Shown here piece after piece: positions 8,495 to 18,833 of a DNA stretch of 64,000 nucleotides. Each line of letters opens with the position of its first letter. Position 1 is the first letter of the stretch. The position numbers and the translations under genes are program-made. The stretch spans positions 229,406-293,405 of the forward strand of contig CAYGLK010000002.1 of the NCBI GenBank assembly GCA_964350985.1, read 5' to 3'. Origin of the DNA: an uncultured Candidatus Saccharibacteria bacterium. GTDB lineage: Bacteria > Patescibacteriota > Minisyncoccia > Phycocordibacterales > UBA918. Below the pieces are notes generated by a model, which was not told the DNA's origin, searched no databases, and worked only from the letters and a program-made list of their open reading frames with translations.

Positions 8495-10624
8495 ATGCAA
8501 AGAAAAATTTTTAAAACTGAATTTGGTAACAAAACTTTAACAGCTGAATTCAATGACTTGGCTACTCACACCAATGGATCCGTGATGCTAAGTTATGGAG
8601 AAACAGTTGTGTTAGTCACTGCTGTCATGGGGAAGTCAGAAACCAACCTACCTTACTTTCCACTGTCTGTAGAATTTGAAGAAAAGTTTTATGCAGCTGG
8701 AGAAATTTTAGGCAGTCGCTTTATGCGTCGGGAGGGGAGACCGAGTGACGAGGCGGTACTTTCAGCTAGAATTGTTGATCGAACTATCCGGCCACTTTTT
8801 CCAACTCACTTAAAAATTGATGTACAAATTGTAGTATCAGTATTAGCTATTGGCGAAGACGATCCTGATCTCCTTGGCGTCATTGGTGCTTCGTTAGCGT
8901 TAGGTGTTTCAGACATACCTTGGGACGCACCTGTCAGTGCTGTAAGACTGGCTAAGAAAATTGGTGACTCGGAAATTTTAATCAATCCAAATTATGCCAC
9001 TCGCCCGGCAGATGGTCTTGATATCGAAATCCTAGCTTGTGGTAAAGATGGGAAAATTAACATGATCGAAACTGCTTCAAAAGAAGTAGCTGAAGCTGAT
9101 GTGATGGAGCTACTCCAGAAAGCCACCGAACTACATGCTGCCTTACAAGATTTTCAAGAAAAAATAATTAAAGAGCTTGGTAAGCCAAAAAGAGAGTTCG
9201 TCATTCCTGTAGCATCACCAAGCCTACTAGACTTCTACCAAACAACCTTTGCAGCCAGATTGCGTGAAACCTTATTTTCAAAGACTGCCGGTAAAGATCA
9301 TATCTATGAACTCAAAAATGTATTTTTAGCTGAGGTAAGTGTGTTAGCTGAAACAGATTCAACTATCGATAAAAAGCTAGCTGCTGATTTTTACGAAGAA
9401 ATGGTTGATCAGGAGTTGCATAAAGGGGCGGTGGAAGAAAATTTGAGGGCTGACGGCCGAAAACTAGACGAGGTTCGCCCTCTTTATGCTCAGGCAGGTG
9501 GTATCTCACCGGTGTTACACGGTTCTGGTATTTTCTATCGTGGAGGAACGCGTATATTTTCAGCCTTAACTCTTGGTGGACCAGAAGCTGCCTTACTGGT
9601 TGATACGATTGAGGAACATAATACAAAAAAACGCTTTATGCACCACTACAACTTTCCACCATTTTCTGTTGGGGAGACTGGGCGCGTTGGAGGTTTTAAC
9701 CGACGGATGATCGGCCATGGAACTTTGGCTGAAAAAGCTTTAGCTCCGGTTATTCCACAAACGACTGACTTTCCATACACAATTCGTTTAGTGTCAGAAA
9801 CAATGTCTAGTAACGGATCAAGTTCAATGGGTTCTGTTTGCGCTTCTTCTCTTGCCCTAATGGACGGAGGAGTTCCAATCACTCGAGCTGTCGCCGGTAT
9901 CGCTTCTGGAGTAATGATCGTGGAAGATAAATATGCACTTTTAACTGACATCCAAGGACCAGAAGATGAGTTTGGTGATATGGATTTTAAAGTTGCTGGA
10001 ACAAAAGAGGGAATCACTGCTATCCAAATGGACGTAAAGGTTAGTGGTATTGATCTAAATATTTTAAAGGAAGCTTTAGACAAAGCAAAAGCAGCACGTC
10101 TGGAGATCCTCGAAGTGATGAACAAAGAGATTAGTGTTTCACGGGCAGATATCTCACCGAGGGCTCCAGAAATTATTTCTCTTAAAATCCTACCTGAGCA
10201 GATTGGATTAGTTATCGGTGGAGGAGGTAAGATGATCAAGAGTATTAAAGAAGAAACTGGTGTGGAAGAAATTACTATTGAAGACGACGGAAGTGTTTTT
10301 ATCTCTGGTAAGAACGGTACGGCCAAAGCTGCTTTTGATAAAATCAGCGGTATCACAAGAACTTATAGCGTTGGTGAGAAGGTAATGGCTACTATTACAA
10401 AAGTTGCTGCCTTCGGAGCTTTTGCCAAACTAGACCCATACAATGAGGGATTAATTCATATTTCTGAAATCGCTCCCTTTCATCTTGAAAGTCTAGACGG
10501 TGTTTTCACTATCGGTGAAACAATACCTGTCGTAGTTAGTAAAATTGAAATGGGTAAGATCGGTTTATCAATTAAAAAAGCTGACCCAGAATTTGCCACT
10601 AAAAGAAACCTATTAAAGCCTTAA
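8495..10624 (+). CDS. pnp: Polyribonucleotide nucleotidyltransferase (PNPase)
   Basis: RREGRP, DRTIRPLF, HYNFPPFSVGE, SNGSSSM, GDMDFKVAGT, C-terminal KH and S1 domains. Confidence 0.97.
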   Translation: MQRKIFKTEFGNKTLTAEFNDLATHTNGSVMLSYGETVVLVTAVMGKSETNLPYFPLSVEFEEKFYAAGEILGSRFMRREGRPSDEAVLSARIVDRTIRPLFPTHLKIDVQIVVSVLAIGEDDPDLLGVIGASLALGVSDIPWDAPVSAVRLAKKIGDSEILINPNYATRPADGLDIEILACGKDGKINMIETASKEVAEADVMELLQKATELHAALQDFQEKIIKELGKPKREFVIPVASPSLLDFYQTTFAARLRETLFSKTAGKDHIYELKNVFLAEVSVLAETDSTIDKKLAADFYEEMVDQELHKGAVEENLRADGRKLDEVRPLYAQAGGISPVLHGSGIFYRGGTRIFSALTLGGPEAALLVDTIEEHNTKKRFMHHYNFPPFSVGETGRVGGFNRRMIGHGTLAEKALAPVIPQTTDFPYTIRLVSETMSSNGSSSMGSVCASSLALMDGGVPITRAVAGIASGVMIVEDKYALLTDIQGPEDEFGDMDFKVAGTKEGITAIQMDVKVSGIDLNILKEALDKAKAARLEILEVMNKEISVSRADISPRAPEIISLKILPEQIGLVIGGGGKMIKSIKEETGVEEITIEDDGSVFISGKNGTAKAAFDKISGITRTYSVGEKVMATITKVAAFGAFAKLDPYNEGLIHISEIAPFHLESLDGVFTIGETIPVVVSKIEMGKIGLSIKKADPEFATKRNLLKP

Positions 10625-10676
10625 AAGCCACAGTAAGAGGGTCACAAACAGCTGAATTCGTGCGATACTATTAGGA

Positions 10677-12335
10677 ATGGATACTCAGGATCCGGCAGTT
10701 AAAAAAATACCGGCGCTTCGTACTTACGCAAAAGATTTAGAGTATACCCGCACCGAGAAAAAATTACCTCTTCACCATCAGAGTGAAGTTAATGTCGAAA
10801 GATCTAGCGCTCCTAAAAAACCACCGATAAGAAAGGTGATAGAAAATATCACCGAAGAAAAGGCCAGAGATCTAAAGTCAGAGGTTTCTTCCCCAATTAA
10901 ACAACTGAAGAAAAACGATCCGATAAAAATCTCAGCCATCGAGACAAAGAATACTGCTTTTATTGCAAACAATGATGACGCGGGTTCGGCGACAATTATT
11001 ACCGATACAAAGAAGGATCGTTTCAAACTATTCCCAGCGATCCTTAGTTCGCTTACCAGCTGGTTTAGCACTAAGAAAAAAGACCGAAAGAGAAAAGCAG
11101 TTCCTAAGTATAGTGTTCCTGACAGCAGTCACCGGAAGGGAGTGATTCAAAGAGCTACTTCGACAACCGGCAAATCTGTCTCTTCTGATTTTTCATCAAT
11201 ACACGAAAGAATCAGACAGAGAGCTGAGCCTGAAGAAAAACATGAACTACATAAGATTTGGACTCCTGATACTGAGCCGGGATATTTGCTATTGGAAGAA
11301 CCAGAAATTTACTCAGAATCAAATGTCGGTAACGTTCAAATAACTCCGCGTAAGAGTGTCTTGACTGAAATAGAATATGAGCCAGAGGAAGAAGAAGTAG
11401 AAGTATGGGGAGAGCCGGAAGCTTCTCCAGAAACAAAACCAGAAGTGCAAAACTATCCGGTCGCAGAACAAGAAGTAACTCCAGTTACAGAACAACCTGA
11501 TGCTGTCACCCAAGTTAATGTTAAGTCTGCTAAAGAAAAAATAACTCAGTCTCCAGCTCAAGAAAAGGTAGTAACTAAGGAGCCAATAATTGCTCCACCT
11601 GATCGACAGATAATTCCACCAATAAGAAAACGCGTAAGTAGACCTGGCTTTTTGGAGCAAGTTAAAATACTAGCTCTTGATACCAATACTTTGGCTGTAT
11701 TTATTTCATCATTTATTTTGGTGTTAATAATTATTGTGTTTGCTGTAAATTATTTCCTTGATCCTAATCGTGCAGCTGTAGCAACAGTTGCAGATCCTGA
11801 AACAATCTCACTCTTACAAAATACAAGAGTCGAATTGGTAGCAGCTAATAATCCTAACGTTGATATCTTAAGGACCCTACAAAGTCCTGAAATACAAACT
11901 TCAGGTTTTAGACAAATAGTCTTTGTTGAAAACTTAATCACAAATCAACTCTTATCACCAAGTATTATATTTAATAGTCTTGATGTACCGCTGGAGGCAA
12001 ATTTATTACAGTCAATCAGAGATGTCCGTTTTGGTTTTACAAAAGACAACCAGCCTTATATCCTGCTTAGAATTAGCGACTTTGAAGTGGCGAAAGGGGG
12101 ACTGTTACTCTGGGAAGAATCTATTTACGAAAATATAAATAATATTTTTGGACTAACAGCTGCGCCACTTAGCAACTTAGCTAAGTTCTCAGATTCAGCT
12201 TTCAGTGGAAGAGATGTTCGTATATTAAAAAATGACAATAACAATGAACTACTACTTTACGGAATCGTAGACCAAACCGTTATTATTACGAAGAACAGTA
12301 TCGGTTTCAGAGAGTTATCAATTTTAATTAAATAA
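10677..12335 (+). CDS. Hypothetical bitopic membrane protein with long disordered N-terminus
   Basis: 552-aa ORF, P/E/K-rich N-terminal part, one TM near residue 340-360, globular C-terminal domain. Confidence 0.75.
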   Translation: MDTQDPAVKKIPALRTYAKDLEYTRTEKKLPLHHQSEVNVERSSAPKKPPIRKVIENITEEKARDLKSEVSSPIKQLKKNDPIKISAIETKNTAFIANNDDAGSATIITDTKKDRFKLFPAILSSLTSWFSTKKKDRKRKAVPKYSVPDSSHRKGVIQRATSTTGKSVSSDFSSIHERIRQRAEPEEKHELHKIWTPDTEPGYLLLEEPEIYSESNVGNVQITPRKSVLTEIEYEPEEEEVEVWGEPEASPETKPEVQNYPVAEQEVTPVTEQPDAVTQVNVKSAKEKITQSPAQEKVVTKEPIIAPPDRQIIPPIRKRVSRPGFLEQVKILALDTNTLAVFISSFILVLIIIVFAVNYFLDPNRAAVATVADPETISLLQNTRVELVAANNPNVDILRTLQSPEIQTSGFRQIVFVENLITNQLLSPSIIFNSLDVPLEANLLQSIRDVRFGFTKDNQPYILLRISDFEVAKGGLLLWEESIYENINNIFGLTAAPLSNLAKFSDSAFSGRDVRILKNDNNNELLLYGIVDQTVIITKNSIGFRELSILIK

Positions 12336-12337
12336 TT

Positions 12338-12715
12338 ATGTTAGATACAAAATTTTACAAAGAAAAATTAGAAGCACGTTTAGTTGAACTAGTAGCGGAA
12401 TTAAAAACGATTGGACATTACGATACTGAGGGAGATAACTGGGAAGCTGTTCCTGATTTAGAATTTAATGCCGCTGAGGCAGATGACAACAGTAACGCAG
12501 ACAACGTTGAAGAATGGAATGAAAGACGGGCGACCCTTGAAGCTTTAGAAAAAGATTATCACAATGTCAAAAGGGCTTTGCAAAAAATCGAAATAGGTAA
12601 TTATGGCATCTGCGAAATTGCTGGAGAACCAATTGAGGAAAGTCGCCTAAATTTTATACCCGAAGCTAGAACTTGCATAAAGCATAAAGACGAGGAGGGA
12701 ACCTTGGCTTTATAA
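12338..12715 (+). CDS. DksA/TraR family protein
   Basis: Coiled coil, then ALQKIEIGNYGICEIAGEPIEESRL..PEARTCIKH; only two of four usual Cys. Confidence 0.85.
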   Translation: MLDTKFYKEKLEARLVELVAELKTIGHYDTEGDNWEAVPDLEFNAAEADDNSNADNVEEWNERRATLEALEKDYHNVKRALQKIEIGNYGICEIAGEPIEESRLNFIPEARTCIKHKDEEGTLAL

Positions 12716-12717
12716 AC

Positions 12718-13637
12718 ATGAGCATCGCTTTAGTCTACACAATCCAACCCCATGTACTATCCGGAAGTGTTGTCAGAATTGAAGCTGATTTATCTAGAGG
12801 GCTCCATTCTTTTTCTATTGTTGGCTTAGCTGGTAAAGCTATAGAGGAATCCAAAGATCGTATCAGTAGTGCTATCAAACATTCTGGTTTTGAGTCACCA
12901 AAAAGTAAAAACCAAAAGATCACCATCTCTCTTTCTCCGGCTGATTTGAAGAAAGAGGGTCCACTTTTTGATCTACCGATTGCTCTAGCCTATCTAGATG
13001 CAGCCGGAGAAATTTCAATTCCTGAAGATACAATTTTTGTTGGGGAACTAGGCCTAGACGGAGACCTAAGGGCAGTTAGAGGAGTTTTAAATATTGTGAC
13101 AGCCGCCAAAGAAAGTGGTTACTCAAAAATAATAGTTCCAGGAGCAAACGCAGCCGAAGCAGCCTTGGTTGAAGGAATTGACGTCTATGCTGCTAAAAAT
13201 CTAAATGAAGTTATTTGTCACTTAAGTCCTTCCAGACCAGATTTTAAATTACTCACTATTGAGCCATTAACTCAAGTTGATGAAAATAACTGGACTGAAG
13301 GTACTGTAGTTCTTGAGGATATCAAAGGACAGGAAAGTGCTAAGCGAGCACTAGTTATTGCTGCCGCTGGTAGACATAATGTTATCTTGGTTGGTCCGCC
13401 AGGAACAGGGAAGACGATGTTGGCTAGAGCTTTCCAGGGCATTCTGCCACCCTTATCGAGAAGTGATACTTTGGCCGTCACTGCGATTCACTCAATCAGT
13501 GGGCAAGAAATATCTCTAAGTACCAAGCCACCTTTTCGTACTCCGCACCACACTGCTTCACACACCGCTTTAGTCGGAGGTGGAACTAACCCTAAACCAG
13601 GAGAGGTCACTTTGGCACATAAAGGAGTCTTGTTTAT
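12718..13637 (+). pseudogene. comM: ComM / YifB Mg-chelatase-like AAA ATPase, 5' part, interrupted by integrated element (ORF reads on to stop at 13659)
   Basis: FSIVGL, DLKKEGPLFDLPIAL, GELGLDG, GPPGTGKT, PFRTPHHTAS, PGEVTLAHKGVLF, then junction. Confidence 0.92.
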
Positions 13638-13656
13638 AAAGTGTGTCCCACAAAAC
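13623..13656. repeat. attL of comM-integrated element
   Basis: Core TTAT 13634-13637 shared with right junction; arm GTCCCACAAA (13645-13654) is the inverse of TTTGTGGGAC at the right end. Confidence 0.85.
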
Positions 13657-13661
13657 TAATT

Positions 13662-14036
13662 TTACGGATTACAGTTTAAATACCTGTATGCACGAGGACC
13701 ATCGCCAAAAGCCATTGTGATTTTCTTGTTCATATACTTATCTCGCACCTCTTTAGGTGCAATTTTGCCTTCGAATTCCCATTTTGTAGGTTCAAACTTA
13801 TTTTTTTTCCAGCTATCTATAATAAATACACCCTTGACTCTATTCTGGTAAATAGCCAGTGCGTATTCTGCCAAATCTCTTGACTCCCAATTATTGCCGA
13901 CATCCCATGCTTGTTTGGCTATATCATAAATAGTATTCTCATCTCCGTCCATATATGGCTTATAGGTTTGAGCGATACTCACCAGAATCACCCTATCTTC
14001 TATGTCTTCCATCCTAATTTCTGTGAGAGCTTCCAT
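13662..14036 (-). CDS. Hypothetical protein resembling the C-terminal domain of bacterial LEM-3-like GIY-YIG proteins
   Basis: IYDIAKQAW..AEYALAIYQNRVKGVF..WEFEG..VRDKYMNK pattern; extended -10 TGcTACAAT 6 nt before ATG. Confidence 0.55.
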   Translation of the reverse strand: MEALTEIRMEDIEDRVILVSIAQTYKPYMDGDENTIYDIAKQAWDVGNNWESRDLAEYALAIYQNRVKGVFIIDSWKKNKFEPTKWEFEGKIAPKEVRDKYMNKKITMAFGDGPRAYRYLNCNP

Positions 14037-14096
14037 ATTTTCATTGTAGCAATCATCTAGAACAAAGTCATTTAAGAATACGCTACAATCATTAGA

Positions 14097-14219
14097 ATGG
14101 TTTCAAAACTAAGAGCATCAATAATTATAGTAATTGTAGGTATAGTGTCTTTCTGGCTAGGAATGCAGGCTGTGATTCAAGTTCCTTGTGATTGTATTTC
14201 TAGGTTTGCACTGCTATAG
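14097..14219 (+). CDS. Putative 40-aa membrane peptide
   Basis: MVSKLRASIIIVIVGIVSFWLGMQAVIQVPCDCISRFALL fills the intergenic gap; TACAAT a few nt upstream. Confidence 0.4.
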   Translation: MVSKLRASIIIVIVGIVSFWLGMQAVIQVPCDCISRFALL

Positions 14220-14223
14220 AGTT

Positions 14224-14895
14224 TTAGTCGACCCTTTCTTTTTCGACGAAGTGTAAATAGTCCATAATGCCGTATCCCTTCAGATGTTCATAAGGGTTAC
14301 AGAATCTGTACCACGGTTCAGAGTGATGCCATACACCATCTTCACGCTCCTCTTTTACCGATTGTGAATCAGTTAATTTCTTCGGAGGAAGAAACTTCTT
14401 ATTATCTTTTACTAGAAATATATAATAGTGCACTTTTCCATTTTCTGTTGGTACGATCCGTGCATTTAAAATTCCTTCTTTAACCCACTTAGTTTGAGTA
14501 GCTTTCTTTATCCCGAATCTACTTTCTAACTCGTAAGGACTATAACGATTGTCACTTGTCTTAGCAATTGAACCAGGAATTTTTCGTTTATCTATAGCTT
14601 TCTGGCATGTAATACACTTGATGCCCCATTTGTCATACCAGTTAGTATCCTCTCTTGTTGCAGAACCACATACTGCACAGTTACGACCATTGCCGGGTAG
14701 AGCAAAACCCTTTGGTTCTTTTTCTAATCTTCTGTCCCATCCGTCTTTATCCATCTGACCCTTCATAACAATCTCAAAGAGACCAACGAGTCTACGTCCA
14801 GATTCTGCTGCTTCTTCCCATGACACTTCTTTACCACTTTCTTTTTCCATCAAGTCTTTGAACTCCTGAATACTTTTATCAGATAGTTGAGCCAT
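14224..14895 (-). CDS. Hypothetical protein with C4 zinc finger and HTH-like segment
   Basis: CAVC..CITC; YSPYELESRFGIKKATQTKWVKEGILNAR resembles MerR/excisionase HTH. Confidence 0.65.
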   Translation of the reverse strand: MAQLSDKSIQEFKDLMEKESGKEVSWEEAAESGRRLVGLFEIVMKGQMDKDGWDRRLEKEPKGFALPGNGRNCAVCGSATREDTNWYDKWGIKCITCQKAIDKRKIPGSIAKTSDNRYSPYELESRFGIKKATQTKWVKEGILNARIVPTENGKVHYYIFLVKDNKKFLPPKKLTDSQSVKEEREDGVWHHSEPWYRFCNPYEHLKGYGIMDYLHFVEKERVD

Positions 14896-15129
14896 AGCAT
14901 TTATTTAAAACTTTTAAATAAACTCCACGTTGTTACTAATAGTATAACCTTATTGATGTGGGACATTATCTACAAAACATGTCTCTCTAAAACGATAATC
15001 AAGTATTAATCTTCTTGTTAACCTCTAATAACCTTTTTAAAAAAGGTACGGAGTGAATAAATAGAAACCTTTTCTAGGACAGGTACTAAAACACCTGTCT
15101 TACTAAATGTCCCTAAAAGCAAATATGCT

Positions 15130-16710
15130 TTACTCTGTAATGTTATTTTCAACATGTAACACTTTCTTTAATGTTACATTATATCCATATCCAACAAGTC
15201 TTCGCTTTGCATTACGTAAACTAACCTTACTAAAAAACGGTAAACTTAAGTCTTCGGTACTGTTGCTAATAATCGCATACACTATTTCATACTCGGGTGT
15301 AATTGGACGAGCTTTTGAGTCAGCCAGTTTATGACTATCTGGTAGTTTAGTATTTAATTTTTCTCTAAATGCTTCGTCACTAACAAAGAGTTCCCCAGAA
15401 ACAACACCTTGAGTAAACAGATGGCTAAGAACACTAGAGCCACCATATCTTTTTACATGAATTAGTTTTTTGTCAGCAGTTAATACGTCACAGAATTCAA
15501 TACTGCTATGACCTCCACCGTAGGTGACTAGTTGTCCATCCATACAACATGAACCTGTAAGGGTAGCTACTGCATGCGAATTGTAGTCACCCTCGTTTTT
15601 AAATTCACAGTCTGGCATGGTAACAGAAGATTCAGTCATGTTCTGAAAGTCAATTTCAACTGCTTGAGAAAAGCTATCTGCTATTTCATACCACTTACTA
15701 TTATTTAGGATGTAGAGCTTATTGTTTAATCTGCACTCAGCATATAGACACTGATATGCAGACCATGAATGCAATGTGTCATCTGTAGAAGCTGAAATTG
15801 CAAAAATACGAGAATGTTTTAATTCATCTAAACTTGGACTCCTTTCTAGTTCCGATAGATATGTTGGCACATCCAAGTCATCATGTAGCTCAGCCTGCTT
15901 TGCTCTAAGATATTTAAAACCACTAATGTCAGTCCAATCTACAACTTCTGGTACAGCCATCCAAATATTGTCTATTTCTTCGTTGCCAATTTTGACTACT
16001 AGCTCATCATTTAACTGGCTCTGAATTGCCTTGTCCCGAACTTCGGCAATTTGGTCAATCCAATCAAAGTCACGTTTATAGTCCTCACTCTTATAACGAG
16101 TGTAGCTGTGCTTTAAAAAATCTTGTATATCGTTTACGTCTGTCTTAACAGAAGCATATAAGGCATCTTTTCCAGATACAGTTTTTCCAAAATGTACGTC
16201 ACGTGATTTCCCAGTAACAGAACTAATTAAGTCTTGTTCAATATCAATGCCAAATTCAAAAGGACTTACATCCTTACTCATTTGTTCTCGACTATGTTTT
16301 GGTATTGACCCAAGAGTTGTTTTATCAATACTTCTGAAACCACTTATATCAACTGAATTCAAAACTATTTTTAAACCAAACCGTTCTTCTATTACACCCT
16401 CTTTAATCATATGCCGACCAAACCCGAATGTCACAACAAAGAATCGGACACCATCTATTGTTTCGATAGATGTTACAAAAATACCTCGTGCACTCGATGT
16501 AAATATATTTTGATTATCTAGAGTTTGTCCAAAGAAGTTTTCTATCCAGTCAGGTCTACTTGGGTGTGACTCTTCAAACACAAAAAACCCTTGGTCGTTT
16601 ATCGCGACAGGTTGTTGTGTGCTTTCAACTATATCTTCCAAGTCTGTAATGCCCGCTTTTACTAGGTACACACTTAGTCGATTAGTCTTTGGTTCTACAC
16701 TGGTGGGCAT
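15130..16710 (-). CDS. TIGR04141 / DUF6119 family sporadically distributed protein
   Basis: RLSVYLVK, FGFGRH, ERFGLKIVLNS, IEFCDVL..LIHVKR..SVLSHLFTQG. Confidence 0.8.
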   Translation of the reverse strand: MPTSVEPKTNRLSVYLVKAGITDLEDIVESTQQPVAINDQGFFVFEESHPSRPDWIENFFGQTLDNQNIFTSSARGIFVTSIETIDGVRFFVVTFGFGRHMIKEGVIEERFGLKIVLNSVDISGFRSIDKTTLGSIPKHSREQMSKDVSPFEFGIDIEQDLISSVTGKSRDVHFGKTVSGKDALYASVKTDVNDIQDFLKHSYTRYKSEDYKRDFDWIDQIAEVRDKAIQSQLNDELVVKIGNEEIDNIWMAVPEVVDWTDISGFKYLRAKQAELHDDLDVPTYLSELERSPSLDELKHSRIFAISASTDDTLHSWSAYQCLYAECRLNNKLYILNNSKWYEIADSFSQAVEIDFQNMTESSVTMPDCEFKNEGDYNSHAVATLTGSCCMDGQLVTYGGGHSSIEFCDVLTADKKLIHVKRYGGSSVLSHLFTQGVVSGELFVSDEAFREKLNTKLPDSHKLADSKARPITPEYEIVYAIISNSTEDLSLPFFSKVSLRNAKRRLVGYGYNVTLKKVLHVENNITE

Positions 16711-16837
16711 GTAATTAAACTACTCCTATTTCGAGTTCAATTCAAGCAGTTCAGTTTAGGCTTTACTTTATTGTTGTAGTGCGAGCTGGCTAGCCATGTC
16801 ATTGCTAGCTTTTATATTACTAATAAACATGAGGATT

Positions 16838-18613
16838 TTATTTTTTGTTGTACATACCAGGATTGTTTCTTAGTAAGTGAGCACTCCGTTGTTTCTCACT
16901 CAGTGTTTTAACGTGCAATATTAGTCTCATTTGACCGTTATTTGAGACTTCTGCTGGAGCTTCAGTAGGTACACTAGTTTTAGTTGGGAACTTAAATACC
17001 ACTTCTGCAAAGTTACTTTTGTGATGAAGTGTAATTCGTTCAATAAACAATCGGAGTATGTATTGCTTTTGCTCGTACGCGACATTGTCTAACTTACCAC
17101 TCAGTGTCTTAAACATTTCAGAGATAACCACGTCTCTATTCTTTTGTTCCTTTTTCTTTAAAAGAGTCTGGGATAGCTTTTGCTTTTGTATTTCCAGTTC
17201 TTTTTGTCGAGTGCGTTTTTCTTTCATCATTGACTCATAATCAGCCTGGCTTATGCCCATGTCAGTGAATGCTTTGACGATTCGTTGTTGTTGCTCTTTG
17301 TTTGTTTTGATTTGAGTATCAAGCCCAGTTATCTTCTTTACGGTTTTAGCTTCATTAGAATTTTTGAATGTATACTCTTCTAACTGAGGAATGGTGTTTG
17401 TTGGGTCCTTAAGGATTGAGACTAGCGTATCCCATATAGGTAATAACCTAGTTTCAGCACATTGCCCATGAACGTCATTCTGTTGACACTCGTCATTGGT
17501 TCTGTCGAGCGGTGCAACGTACGCATGATAGTACTTACCTAATGTTGGTGTTTTTAAGTCCTTCTTTGGTTTTTGATAACCACTTTGTAATTTACGACCA
17601 GTGTACCCAGAGTAAAGTAGTCCAGAAAAAAGATAAATTCTTTTTGCATTCCGTTTCTGCATGACTCGATTTTGTGTCAGTTGTTCAATGGCTTTTTCAA
17701 ACATATCACGAGTAATGATTGACGGTACATGTAACTCAATATGTTCACTTTTAGGTCGCTGGTGCTCTTTGTTTTCAATAGCATCGAGATACTTGAACGG
17801 TCGTTTATACTTGTTGTAGTAAAATGTGCCCGTGTACACCTCGTTTACTAAGAAACGATTAATTGTTCGTTTGTACCATTTTCCATTACGGATTTCATCT
17901 TTTGGTTCTTTGCCCTTTTCAGACTTGTGTGCGGGAGTGGGTAAGTTTAGTTCTATCGCTTTTCGAGTGATTTCACGAAGTGAACATTTTTCATAAACTA
18001 GCCACTCGTAGAACTGCTTGATTACCTCGGCTTCTTCTGGATGAAGAACTAATGTTTTAGTTTTTTTATCTATTCTATATCCATACGGTGGTACACCCGT
18101 TACCCACTTACCCTCACTAGCGGCACGTAATTTTCCACCCATCATTCTTTCTGCTATGAGTCTTCTTTCGTGATGGGCAAATGAAGCAATCATATGAAAC
18201 ATCAATTCACCATTTGAAGTTTCAGTTTCAAAATTTTCGGTAGCTGATTTAAAAGCAATACCATATTCTTTTAGTTGTTCTACTGCACCAATGACTTGTT
18301 TAAGATTGCGTGAAAATCTATCTAATCTGTAAACTAGCACGAGTTCAAATTCCTTTTTTTTAGCGGCTTCAAATAATTCATTCAGAGCAGGTCTACTTTT
18401 AATCGGCAGATTCCCAGAAAACCCACCGTCACAGTAAACATGGTTTTTATCCAGTTTAAAAGAGTGTGCCTCACACAAACGAGTAAGCATTTCCTCTTGT
18501 GATTTCAAGCTGTTACCGTGCTTAGCTTGCTCATCAGTAGAAACACGCAAATAGATTGCGACTTGTTTATTATTTACTATCGTTGGATAGGTTGTTTCAG
18601 TCAGTGTATTCAT
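16838..18613 (-). CDS. Large serine recombinase (integrase)
   Basis: IYLRVST (catalytic Ser), VYRLDRFSR, PPYGY, recombinase domain, long coiled coil. Confidence 0.95.
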   Translation of the reverse strand: MNTLTETTYPTIVNNKQVAIYLRVSTDEQAKHGNSLKSQEEMLTRLCEAHSFKLDKNHVYCDGGFSGNLPIKSRPALNELFEAAKKKEFELVLVYRLDRFSRNLKQVIGAVEQLKEYGIAFKSATENFETETSNGELMFHMIASFAHHERRLIAERMMGGKLRAASEGKWVTGVPPYGYRIDKKTKTLVLHPEEAEVIKQFYEWLVYEKCSLREITRKAIELNLPTPAHKSEKGKEPKDEIRNGKWYKRTINRFLVNEVYTGTFYYNKYKRPFKYLDAIENKEHQRPKSEHIELHVPSIITRDMFEKAIEQLTQNRVMQKRNAKRIYLFSGLLYSGYTGRKLQSGYQKPKKDLKTPTLGKYYHAYVAPLDRTNDECQQNDVHGQCAETRLLPIWDTLVSILKDPTNTIPQLEEYTFKNSNEAKTVKKITGLDTQIKTNKEQQQRIVKAFTDMGISQADYESMMKEKRTRQKELEIQKQKLSQTLLKKKEQKNRDVVISEMFKTLSGKLDNVAYEQKQYILRLFIERITLHHKSNFAEVVFKFPTKTSVPTEAPAEVSNNGQMRLILHVKTLSEKQRSAHLLRNNPGMYNKK

Positions 18614-18770
18614 TGTTAATTTTCCCTAAAGTGATTTTAACCATTCCCTCAGAATCATCAGTTGTGAACTCAGTACCCTCAGGCAATTCCATTTCGCTAA
18701 GGATTCTATGGGGCTGGTCACTATCGTGAACAGCTTCTTTTAATTTTTTAAGTGTGTGTCTTTTATTCAT
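18597..18770 (-). CDS. Putative 57-aa protein overlapping the recombinase start
   Basis: MNKRHTLKKLKEAVHDSDQPHRILSEMELPEGTEFTTDDSEGMVKITLGKINNEYTD translated by hand; below ORF-track cutoff. Confidence 0.5.
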   Translation of the reverse strand: MNKRHTLKKLKEAVHDSDQPHRILSEMELPEGTEFTTDDSEGMVKITLGKINNEYTD

Positions 18771-18833
18771 AAGCCAAATAATTGTTACTCTATTGGCTAT
18801 TGAATATGGTGCGTCAGCTATGTAAAGGTAGTT

